Below are positions 1-10,401 of a stretch of 64,000 nt of DNA, piece by piece. The stretch spans positions 20,956,001 through 21,020,000 of the forward strand of contig JBNRSN020000004.1 in NCBI GenBank assembly GCA_051313645.2, written 5' to 3'. Source of the DNA: Centroscyllium fabricii. Lineage: Eukaryota. The notes beneath the pieces were generated by a model. The model was given only the letters and a program-made list of their open reading frames with translations. It searched no databases and had not been told where the DNA came from. Numbering within the stretch: position 1 is the stretch's first letter; each line of letters starts with the position of its first letter. The position numbers were made by a program, and so were the translations under genes.

Positions 1-540
1 TCGCCACCACCTCGCTCGACACCTCCACGATCTCTAAACTGTCAGACTGCTTGTCCGACATCCAGTTCTGGATCAGCAGAAATTTCCTCCAATTAAATAT
101 TGCGAAGACCGAAGCCATTGTTTTCGGTCCCCGCCACAAACTCCGTTCCCCAAGCCACTGACTCCATCCCTCCCCCTAACATCTGTCTGAGGCTGAACCA
201 GACTATTCACAACCTTGGTGTCTTATTTTACTCTGAAATGAGCTTCCGACCACATATCCACACAATCACTAAGACCACCTATTTCCATCTTCGTAACATC
301 GCCCGATTCCACCCCTGCCTCAGCTCATCCGCTGCTGAAATCCTCATCCACGCCTTTGTTACCTCTAGACTTCACTATTCCAACGCCCTCCTGGCTGGCC
401 TCCCACGTTCTACCCTACATAAACTTGAGGTGATCCAAGACCCTGCCGCCCGTGTCTTTGACCAAGCTTTTCCTCACCTGCCCGAATAGCTCATGTGGCT
501 CGGTGTCAGATTTTGTCTGATGTCACTCCGGTGAAGCGCC
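1..540 (+). mobile_element. L2-type LINE 3' fragment (RT C-terminal region); its 3' tail resumes at 5231-5288 after the Gypsy insertion
   Basis: ORF 100-489 has L2-like 'YFHLRNIAR..AEILIHAFVTSRLHYSNALLAGLP'. Removing 541-5230 restores the tail GTGAAGCGCC-GTGGGACGTTTTACTACG..ATAAATGCAAGTTGTTGTTG. Confidence 0.8.
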
Positions 541-795
541 TGATACCGTATCAATGACCTCGGAGACGAGAAGTTACGAGGTGAATAAAGGCTTTTATTC
601 GCTAAAGGTTGGGCATGCACCAGCTAGTCGACTGCTCCCGGAATGAATGGGGGGAGGGAGACAGTCACCTTTATACCTGTCCTGGGAGGAGGAGTCACAG
701 GCGGGGTTAGCATGGGCATGCCCAGATAAACAGTACACACAGAACTATATACAATATTACAGGCCATGGATATATACACAAAGTGGTTTACCACA
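541..795 (-). repeat. 3' LTR of Gypsy 1 (255 bp)
   Basis: Direct repeat of 4975-5230; TGATACC...TTTACCACA. Confidence 0.95.
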
Positions 796-845
796 TTCAC
801 CCCTTGTTAAAAACAAAGTCCGGCGGGGCGAATGCAAACCAGTCC

Positions 846-3731
846 TTAAAGATTAAGCCTGTCGGGCGGCCTGGTCTGCCTCGTCGAGCGGCGCACCGCT
901 GGTGGTGGAGTCGGCGACAGCGGGGTCGGCGAGGGCGTTCGATCCGATGCTTGGCCCCTTGCGGTAACAATCAGGGGCGTGCTCTCCCATTCGTCATCCG
1001 GCTGGCGGGTGCGTAGATTAAGGGGCCGTACTGTGCTGCCTGCATGTGCTGGGTGGGCATACCGTGGTGCTGGTGCCTCGTGGGGAGCGGCGTACCGTGG
1101 TGCTGGTGCCCCAAAGGTGGCGGTAGGCAGGGGGGGGTGGGGGTGCGGGCTGATGGGTCGTACTGGTCTCGGGGGCACCCGCGGGTGCCAGGTCCTTGAT
1201 GGACACCGTATCCTCCCTCCCGTCAGGGTACGCCACGTAGGCGTACTGGGGGTTGGCGTGCAGGAGGTGAACCTGTTCGACCAGGGGGTCCGACTTATGG
1301 CCCCTCACGTGCTTCCGGAGCAGGACGGGTCCTGGGGACGATAGCCATGACGGCAGCGAGGTCCCTGAAGCCGACTTCCTAGGGAAGGCAATAAGTCGCT
1401 CGTGAGGGGTGGCGTTAGTGGCCGTACATAAAAGTGACCGAATGGAGTGGAGCGCTTCGGGGAGGACGTCCTGCCAGCGGGAGACTGGGAGGCCTTTAGA
1501 CCGTAGGGCTAACAGGATGGCCTTCCAGACGGTGGCGTTCTCCCTCTCTACCTGTCCGTTCCCCCGGGGGTTATAGCTGGTAGTCCTGCTGGTAGCGATG
1601 CCCTTGGCTAGCAGAAACTGACGCAGCTCGTCACTCATAAAAGAGGCCCCCCGGTCGCTATGGATGTAACTGGGGTAGCCGAACAGGGAGAAGATGCTGT
1701 GCAGTGCCCTGATGACTGTGGAGGAGGTCATGTCCGGGCAGGGGATGGCGAAGGGGAAACGCGAGTACTCGTCAATGACATTTAAGAAGTACACGTTTCG
1801 GTTGGACGAGGGGACTGGCCCTTTAAAGTCGACGCTGAGTCGCTCAAAGGGGCGGGTGGCCTTGATCAGGTGTGCCCGGTCCGGCCGGAAGAAGTGCGGC
1901 TTGCACTCCGCACAGACCCGGCAGTTCCTGGTCATGGTCTTGACCTCCTCGATGGAGTAGGGGAGGTTGCGGGACTTAATGAAATGGACCAACCTGGTGA
2001 CCCCCGGGTGGCAGAGGTCGTTGTGCAGGGTCTGGAGACGGTCCACTTGTGCGCTGGCACATGTACCGCGGGACAGGGCGTCTGGGGGCTCATTGAATTT
2101 CCAGGGCCGGTACAAGATATCATAATTGAAAGCGGAGAGTTCGATTCTCCACCTCAGTATCTTGTCATTCTTGATTTTACCCCGCTCTTTGTTGTTGAGC
2201 ATGAACGCGACTGAGCATTGGTCTGTCAGCAGGGTAAATCGTTTACCGGCCAGGTAGTGCTTCCAGTGTCGCACTGCTTCAACAATGGCCTGGGCCTCCT
2301 TCTCCACGGAAGAGTGTCGGGTCTCAGGGCCCTGGAGGGTGCGCGAGAAGAAGGCCACGGGTCTGCCCGCCTGGTTAAGGGTGGCGGCCAGGGCAAAGTC
2401 GGACGCATCGCTCTCTACCTGGAACGGGACGGCCTCATCCACAGCGTGCATCGCGGCCTTTGCAATGTCTTGTTTTATGCCGCAGAAGGCCGTGCGGGCC
2501 TCTGCCGACAGGGGAAAGGAGGTTGATTTGAGTAGTGGGCGGGCTTTGTCCGCATAATTGGGGACCCACTGGGAATAATAAGAAAAGAACCCCAGGCACC
2601 TTTTCAGGGCCTTGAGGGAGTGGGGGAAGGGGAGCTCCAGGAGGGGGCGCATGCAGTCCGGGTCGGGACTGATGACCCCATTCTCCACAACACTGCCGAG
2701 GATGGCGAGGCGGGTTGTCCTGAGCACACATTTTTCCGTGTTATAGGTCAGGTTCAGACTTTTGGCGGTGTGGAGAAATTTCTGGAGGTTGGTGTCATGG
2801 TCCTGCTGGTCGTGGCCGCAGATGGTCACATTATCAAGATACGGAAAGGTGGCCCGCAGTCCGTACTGATCAACCATTCGGTCCATCTCTCTTTGGAAGA
2901 TCGAGACCCCGTTGGTGACACCAAACGGAACCCTGAGGAAGTGATAGAGGCGGCCGTCTGCCTCGAAAGCAGTATAGTGGCGGTCCTCTGAGCGGATGGG
3001 GAGCTGGTGGTACGCAGACTTCAGATCGATGGTCGAGAAGACCCGATACTGGGCGATCTGGTTCACCATATCCGCTATGCGGGGGAGGGGATACGCATCT
3101 AGTTGCGTAAACCGGTTAATGGTCTGACTGTAGTCCACGACCATCCGGTGTTTGGCTCCGGTCTTCACAACCACTACCTGCGCCCTCCATGGGCTATTAC
3201 TGGCCTCGATGACCCCCTCCTTCAGGAGCCGCTTCACCTCAGACTTGATGAAGTCTCTGTCCCCCGTACTGTAGCGCCTACTTTTGGTGGCGACGGGCTT
3301 GCAGTCCGGGGTGAGGTTGGCGAAGAGTGAGGGGGGGCGACCTTAAGGGTCGAGAGACCGCAGGTAGCGCGCTGTGGGCACTGCGGGGAGCGCTGGTTGC
3401 TGACCGTGAGCGGGGGAAGGGGCCCACCGTACGCCATAGTCACGCTCTGGAGGTGACATTGGAAGTCGAGGCCCAGCAGTAAGGGAGCGCAGAGCTGCGG
3501 CAGCACGTATACTTTAAAATTCTGGAAGTGCACGCCCCGCACTGTCAGGGTCACTACGCAGCGACCGCAGACGTCCGCAGATTCGGACTTTGATGCCATC
3601 GAGATTTTTTGGGTAGCCGGTATGACTGTAAGGGAGAAGTGCTTTACCGTATCTGGGTGGATGAAGCTCGCCGTGCTCCCGCTGTCGAAAAGGCAATCCG
3701 TACTCCGCCCGTTCACCTGCACCGTCATCAT
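846..3731 (-). pseudogene. Gypsy 1 pol (protease, RT, RNase H, integrase), frameshifted near 3330 and near 1180
   Basis: PR 'LFDSGS', RT 'YLDN' and 'IDLKSAYHQ', RH 'ESDASD', IN 'HNDLCHPG..CRVC' and 'IHSDRG..GQVER', C-terminus 'RRSTRQTRPPDRL'. Confidence 0.93.
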
Positions 3732-3902
3732 CGATTTGCTCAGATGCTGGCTCCTGTTCTGGTCGAGTGTGATGGAGGCCAGTATCGGGTCGGTCGAGTC
3801 GGTTGAGAGGTCTGGGGCCTGGCTCCAAGATGGCTGCCGCCACGCGGCGTGCTGTGTGAAAGATGGCTGTGTCCAAGATGGCGTCTGCTCCCACGCGGCA
3901 GG

Positions 3903-4952
3903 CTATGATGAAGATGGCTGTGTCCAAGATGGCTGCCCCCACGGCCCACACGCGGCGCTGCCCGGTTTGGAGGACGGTATTGCCGCTGCTCTGCAGACCT
4001 TTGCGTAGTGGCCCTTCTTACCGCACTTAGAGCAGGCCGCGTCTCTCGCTGGGCAATTTCGCCTGGGGTGTTGGGCCTGGCCGCAGAAGTAGCATTTAGG
4101 CCCTTTTGAGGTCGTAGCCGCAGTCATCTCTTCCGCCGGTCGCGGTGCGGCCGGCTGTGCCCAAGATGGCGGCGTCCGCGATGTGCCCGCGTGGTCGCCC
4201 GAGTAAGAGGACATATTATGGGACGCCAAGTCCAGCGCGTTCCCAAGTTCAATTGTCGCCGTCAGGTCCATGCCATTCTGCTCCAACAGTCTCTGGCGGA
4301 TGTAATCGGACCTGAGGCCAGTCACATAAGCGTCCCTGATGAGACTTTCCGAGTGCACCAAGGCTGTCTGTGACTTACAGTTGCAGGCCCGGCATAGGAC
4401 TCTCAGCGCTCGTAGGAACTCCACGCTCGATTCCCCGGGTTGTTGCTTTCTGGTGGCCAGGAGGTGTCTGGCGTGGACGATGTTCAGTGTCCGGTTATAC
4501 TCGGCCTTCAGGATTCGGGCCGCCTCTATGTAGGACGTAGCATCCGCGATTATAGAGTAAACTTGGGGGCCCACCCGGGCGTTGAGAAGGCGCTGTCGTA
4601 TTATTCAAAATTGCGCGTGGGCAAAAACATCAAGAGTGTATATCTTTTGTGTCGTTTATTCCAGCAACCAGAACACACGTTAACACAGTACTTTTGGTTT
4701 CAGTTTCCCTCTAGTTCTCTGTGACCCGGAACCTCAAGTAATGCACTTTGACCTTTGACCCTCCCATAATGCCCCTTGCCATTATGCTATCAGATTACAC
4801 CACAGGCGCAGCTTGTCCTTGTCTGTCTGGACGATCGCCGCGTTGGCTTCGAGGTACGCCTCAAAGCAGCTGAACCAGTGCGTAAACGTGTTAGAGGCGC
4901 CTGGTGTTTGGGGATCCGGTTCTAACGTCGCTGGTTTTAGCGTGGTCTCCAT
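3903..4952 (-). pseudogene. Gypsy 1 gag with two zinc-knuckle-like motifs, split by a solo LTR
   Basis: ATG at 4952. Excising 4594-4804 plus one TSD restores 'DKLRL|LNARVGPQ'. Contains 'CYFCGQAQHPRRNC' and 'CSKCGKKGHYAKVC'. Confidence 0.9.
4594..4804 (-). mobile_element. Solo LTR (211 bp) of an unrelated LTR family, nested in gag
   Basis: TGTCGTA...TACACCACA ends, 5-bp TSD GGCGC (4589-4593, 4805-4809), AATAAA on the minus strand. Confidence 0.85.
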
Positions 4953-4974
4953 GATTAAATTTAGCGAATAAAAT

Positions 4975-5230
4975 TGATACCGTATCAATGACCTCGGAGA
5001 CGAGAAGTTACGAGGTGAATAAAAGGCTTTTATTCGCTAAAGGTTGGGCATGCACCAGCTAGTCGACTGCTCCCGGAATGAATGGGGGGAGGGAGACAGT
5101 CACCTTTATACCTGCCCTGGGAGGAGGAGTCACAGGCGGGGTTAGCATGGGCATGCCCAGACAAACAGTACACACAGAACTATATACAGTATTACAGGCC
5201 ATGGATATATACACAAAGTGGTTTACCACA
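4975..5230 (-). repeat. 5' LTR of Gypsy 1 (256 bp)
   Basis: Minus-strand TATAAA (5105-5110) and AATAAA (about 5029-5034); repeat of 541-795. Confidence 0.95.
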
Positions 5231-5672
5231 GCGCCGTGGGACGTTTTACTACGTGAAAGATGCTGCATAAATGCAAGTTGTTGTTGTATAGCGGGCGGCA
5301 ATCCGACATCAACCGTTTTACAATACCGCCAAAACTTAAAAACACCCACATTGATTTTACTGGGGCTGCCTCAGTTTAGGGAAGCTTATAGCTGGTTTCT
5401 TCCCTGTGAATACTTTCAGAAAGCATCCGTTCAGGATGACGACTATTTCGTACTCGGCCTCAGTTACGAGCCAGTTTTCACCTTTTAATACTCTCACCCC
5501 TTCCCTGAAAGTCCTTTTGGGGTGTAGTGTTGACAGAAAGTTAACTACTAATTAGCCTCTGTAGCTGAGCTTTATTCCAGGTCTCTCGTTGCCACTCTGA
5601 TCACAGATTTAACAGTTTTGTGCACAGCCATGTGTTGGGACACAGTTCCACAGGCACTCACTGGCGCTGGGT

Positions 5673-7995
5673 ACATAGAAACATAGAAGATAGGAGCAGG
5701 AGTAGGCCATTCGGCCCCTCGAGCCTGCTCCGCCATTCGATGAGATCATGGCTGATCATCCAACTTCAGTACCCCGTACCTGCCTTCTCCCCATATCCCT
5801 TGATCCCTTTAACCTTAAGGAGTATATCCAACTCCTTCTTGAATATATTTATGAACTGGCCTCCACCAGTAGTAGAATTTCACAGGTTCACCACTCTCTG
5901 GGTGAAGAAATTCGTCCTCATCTCAGTCCTAAACGGCTTACCTCTTATCCTTAGACTATGACCCCTGGTTCTGGACTCCCTGGTCATTGGGAACATCCTT
6001 CCTGCATCTAGTCTGTCCAGGCCTGACAGAATTTTATAGGTTTTGATGAGATCCCCTCTCAATCTTCTAAACTCCAGTGAGTATAAGCCCAGTCGACACA
6101 ATCTCTCCTCATACGTCATTCCTGCCATCCCAGGTATCAGCCTGGTGAATCTTCGCTGCACTCCTTCCATGGCAAGAACATCCTTCCTCAGATAAGATGA
6201 CCAAAATTGCACACAATACTCGAGGTGCAGTCTCACCAAGGCCCTGTACAGCTGCAGAAAGACATCCCTATTCCTATACTCAAACCCTCTTGCTACGAAG
6301 GCTAACATACCATTTGCCTTCTTAACCGCCTGCTGCACCTGCATGCTTACCTTCAGTGACTGGTGCACAAGAACACCCAGGTCTCTTTGCACTTCCCCTT
6401 CTCCCAAACCATTGCCATTCAAATAATAATCTGCCTCCTGTTTTTACCACCAAAGTGGATAAGCTCACATTTATCCACATTATAGTGCATTTGCCATGTT
6501 TCTGCCCAATCACCCAACCTGTCCAAATCGTACTGGAGTTTCACGATATCCTCCTCACAGCATACCCTCCCACCCAGCTTTACGTCATCTGCAAATTTAG
6601 AGATACTACATCCAATTCCCTCGTCCAAATCATTAATATATATTGTGAATAGCTGGGGTCCTAGGACCGATCCTTGCGGTACCCCATTAGTCACTGCCTG
6701 CCACTCGAAAAATGACCCGTTTATTCAAACTCTTTGCTTTCTATCTGCCAACCAGTTCTCTATCCAAGTCAATACCTTGCCCCCAATCCCATGTGCCTTA
6801 ATTTTGCACGCTAATCTCTTATGCGGGACCTTATCGAAAGCTTTCTGAAAGTCCAAATACACCACGTCTACTGGTTCTCCCCTATCTATTCTACCGGTTA
6901 CATCCTCAAAAAATTCGAGTCAATTAGTCAAGCACGATTTACCTTTTGTAAATCCATGGTAACTTTGTCCGATCCTGTCACTGTTTTCCCAGTGCTCTGC
7001 TATTACATCCTTTATGATGGACTCTAGGGGGGAAAAATTGGGTTTGGGGCGCTAACCTCGACCGGGCGCTACTGCAGGTGCCCCACCTCGTTCCTTGGAC
7101 GCACCAACTGAATTTCGGCTGCTGTGGGTCACTGCGCCACGCTCTGCAGCACGCCGCGCCGCGGTACTGCAGGCCTCCCGCCCCTTCTTAAAGGGGAGTG
7201 GCCTAGCGTGGTGCGGCCCGGAGCCCCGCTGGACCGCCGGGGGTCGGAGTGCCGCCAAAGGAGCCCGGCACTCGAGGGAAGTGCCGGGCTCACGGAGCAC
7301 AGTCAGCACTCTGCAGGGGGGGGGGGCATCGGGGAAGGCCGGGGACGGCAGAGGGGACAGGTGCTTGCAGGCGGCCAGCATGAAAAATGGCCGCCCAGCA
7401 CCTCCCCCTTTAAATAGCGCTGGCCCGGCTGCTGCTGCGTCCCCCTGACCCTGTCGGTGACAGCGTCTGGCGCTACATCAGGCATCGCGACTAAAGTTTG
7501 AGGCCGGGGCGCGAGCGAGGTGCTGCGCACGGCGATGACGTCATCGGCGGCGGTGCAGCGCCCCGCTGAATATCGTGGGAGGCATCAGCCCAGGCGCTAG
7601 GTGCCTTGCGCCCCATTATCAGCCCTCTTAGGGTGCTAACGACTGGCACAAGCAACCAAATCTTTCCCCTAGCATTTTCTCCACTACCGATGTGAGGCTT
7701 ATCGGTCTATAATTCCTAATTTTCTCTCTACCAGCTTTTTTAAATAATGGGGTTACATTAGCTACCCTCCAATCCATGGGTACTGTTCCAAAGTCTATAG
7801 AATTTTGGAAGATGACCAGCAATGCATCTACTATTTCTAGGGCCACTTTCCGAATTACCCTAGGATGTAGATTATCAGGCCCTGGGGATTTATCAGCCTT
7901 CAATCCCGTCAGTTTCCCCAACACCATTTCCCTACAAATACTGATTTCATTCAATTCCTCCCTCTCATTAGACCCCATGTTCCCCGACATCTCAG
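5673..7995 (-). mobile_element. CR1/HER1-type LINE, 5'-truncated, interrupted by a MITE
   Basis: 'GVPQGSVLGP', 'KFADD', 'YRALVRLHLEYC' in the ORF track; tail (TTCTATGT)n at 5673-5690. Confidence 0.93.
7028..7669. mobile_element. GC-rich MITE, PIF/Harbinger-like
   Basis: Imperfect TIR GGGGGAAAAATTGG / CCAAATCTTTCCCC, 3-bp TSD TAG; cleanly interrupts CR1 (GACTCTAG|CATTTT). Confidence 0.75.
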
Positions 7996-8439
7996 TTTTC
8001 AATGGATGTTGGAGAACAGAATGCTTCAATACAAGGAGTGGTTCAGGCAGAGACCACTGCATCTTTTAAGAGACGAACAGTTCAACATTTACAAAGGAAG
8101 ATACAAGGCTACGGGGAGATAACTGTGCAAAGGGATCAATCTTGGTTTGCTCCAACAAAGAGCCGCGTCGACACGTAAAGATACAGATCAGTCCTGACCT
8201 AATTGGATGGCGGAACAGGCTTCAGGGGCTGAATGGCCTCCTCCTGTTCCGACGTTCCTTGTTCCTGTGTTTATATCCAGGGAGATTTAATGGCAAATCT
8301 TGACCCAGCTGCAGCCTCAGTTCAGTTATTGGTCCATGATTTTCTGTTTTAATCAATAACTCTTAATTCCCTGATTGTGTCTTTTTATATTCTCTGCACA
8401 TTAATATTATACATCTTAGTTTGGATTCACTGGGTAGGG

Positions 8440-10260
8440 AAAATGGTGCCCTGGGCAAAATTCTATTTTGGTGCCCTTTCTTTAAGTTTAATTATAAGTA
8501 TTAGCGAAAGTTTCAGAAATAAAGATGGAATCTCAAAGGTTTTTTATAATTTAAATAATAAACGATACACGTCATAAAAAATAACATTATAGCTAAGTGA
8601 CAAATTAACTAAACATTAAATTAAACACTAAACTAACAAATAACAATAACAAACAAAAATACTTTGTTCACCAAGATATTTTGAGCCTTTTCATTCTTGA
8701 TAGACAGGATGGCCAGCGAGGATAGCCTACCGTCTCGCAAGGTTGATCGCAAAAATGGTTTTATGAGCTTCACCTTTGAGAAGCTCCGTTTGCCGCTTGC
8801 CACCGATACGGGCACGGTTACCAGGACCCTGTGTGCTATCCATCACCACCAATACGGGCACGGTTACCAGGATCCTGTGTGCCATCCATCACCACCGATA
8901 CGGACACGGTTACCAGGACCCTGTGTGCCATCCAGCACCACCGATACGGGCATGGTTACCAGGACCCTGTGTGCCATCCATCACCACCCATACGGGCACG
9001 GTTACCAGGATCCTGTGCGCTGTCCATCACCACCGATATGGGCATGGTTACCAGGATCCTGTGCGCTGTCCATCACCACCGATACGGACAAGGTTACCAG
9101 GATCCTGTGTGCCATCCAGCACCACCGATATGGACATGGTTACCAGGATCCTGTGTGCCATCCATCACCACCGATACGGACATGGTTACCAGGATCCTGT
9201 GTGCCATCCATCACCACCGATATGGGCATGGTTACCAGGATCCTGTGTGCCATCCAGCACCACCGATATGGACACGGTTACCAGGACCCTGTGTGCCATC
9301 CAGCACCACCGATACGGACATGGTTACCAGGATCCTGTGTGCCATCCATCACCACCGATACGGGCACGGTTACCAGGACCCTGTGTGCTATCCATCACCA
9401 CCGATATGGGCATGGTTACCAGGATCCTGTGTGCTGTCCATCACCACCAATACGGGCATGGTTACCAGGATCCTGTGTGCCATCCATCACCACTGATACG
9501 GGCACGGTTACCAGGACCCTGTGTGCTATCCATCACCACTGATACGGGCATGGTTACCAGGATCCTGTGTGCTGTCCATCACCACCGATACGGGCATGGT
9601 TACCAGGACCCTGTGTGCCATCCAGCACCACCGATACGGACAAGGTTACCAGGACCCTGTGTGCCATCCAGCACCACTGATACGGACATGGTTACCAGGA
9701 TCCTGTGTGCCATCCATCACCACCGATACGGGCACGGTTACCAGGACCCTGTGTGCTATCCATCACCACCGATATGGGCATGGTTACCAGGATCCTGTGT
9801 GCCATCCATCACCACCGATATGGGCATGGTTACCATGATCCTGTGTGCCATCCATCACCACCGATACGGGCACGGTTACCAGGACCCTGTGTGCCATCCA
9901 GCACCACCGATACGGACATGGTTACCAGGACCCTGTGTGCTATCCATCACCTCCGATACGGGCATGGTTACCAGGACCCTGTGTGCTATCCATCACCACC
10001 GATACAGGCACGGTTACCAGGATCCTGTGCGCTGTCCATCACCAACGATACGGGCATGGTTACCAGGATCCTGTATGCCATCCATCACCACCGATATGGG
10101 CACGGTTACCATGATCCTGTGTGTCATCCATCACCACCGATACGGGCATGGTTACCAGGATCCTGTGCGCTTTTTTGTCCTGTTTAGCCTTTTTCAGCTT
10201 TTGCCTTTACCTCCCCGATGCCACATTAGTTTAAACCTGGCCTATCCACCCAAGCTTGAG
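8440..10260 (-). mobile_element. Internally deleted hAT transposon remnant (dimerisation-domain fragment at 8670-8840)
   Basis: 'VLVTVPVSVASGKRSFSKVKLIK..LRSTL..RLSSLAILSI' matches the hAT C-terminal dimerisation motif; outer boundaries uncertain. Confidence 0.7.
8800..10170. repeat. 46-bp minisatellite, about 30 copies
   Basis: Unit CCACCGATACGGGCAYGGTTACCAGGAYCCTGTGTGCYATCCATCA; period 46 (8801 to 8847). Confidence 0.97.
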
Positions 10261-10401
10261 CTAGCCTTCCCCACGATTTAGACAACAATTAGCTGGTACA
10301 TTCAAGACGCCTGTCCCAATAGGAGTGGAAAAAAGCTCAATTTCAGGATAAGAGAAATAAGAAACAAAATGGACTTTTCCTGGCCACTTTATTAATATTA
10401 A

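Larger units (their letters stand above)
541..5230 (-). mobile_element. Ty3/Gypsy LTR retrotransposon 1, near full length, defective
   Basis: TG..CA LTRs at 541-795 and 4975-5230 (about 3 substitutions plus 1 indel by eye). 5-bp TSD GCGCC at 536-540 and 5231-5235. PPT AAGGGGTGAA next to the 3' LTR. Domain order gag-PR-RT-RH-IN. Confidence 0.97.

Noticed and set aside
846-1180. env gene or chromodomain after integrase
   Set aside because: Only a Pro-rich tail ending in RRSTR..PPDRL; no room before the PPT
3903-3905. Programmed gag stop read-through
   Set aside because: The paralogous repeat unit has CAG at this position and Gypsy 2 has no stop here, so a C-to-T mutation is simpler
4593-4803. 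GT..AG intron in gag
   Set aside because: Splicing would leave 5 extra nt (frameshift); TG..CA ends with a 5-bp TSD indicate a solo LTR
5078-5488. 136-aa ORF and the many other short ORFs in the track as host genes
   Set aside because: They run across LTR, LINE or SINE sequence or antisense to it, and have no recognisable host domains
8800-10170. CRISPR-like array
   Set aside because: Head-to-tail units without unique spacers, no cas genes, vertebrate context
8697-10281. Long His/Cys/Pro-rich ORFs (up to 501 aa)
   Set aside because: Artefact of a stop-free 46-bp unit: the same peptide cycles through all three frames
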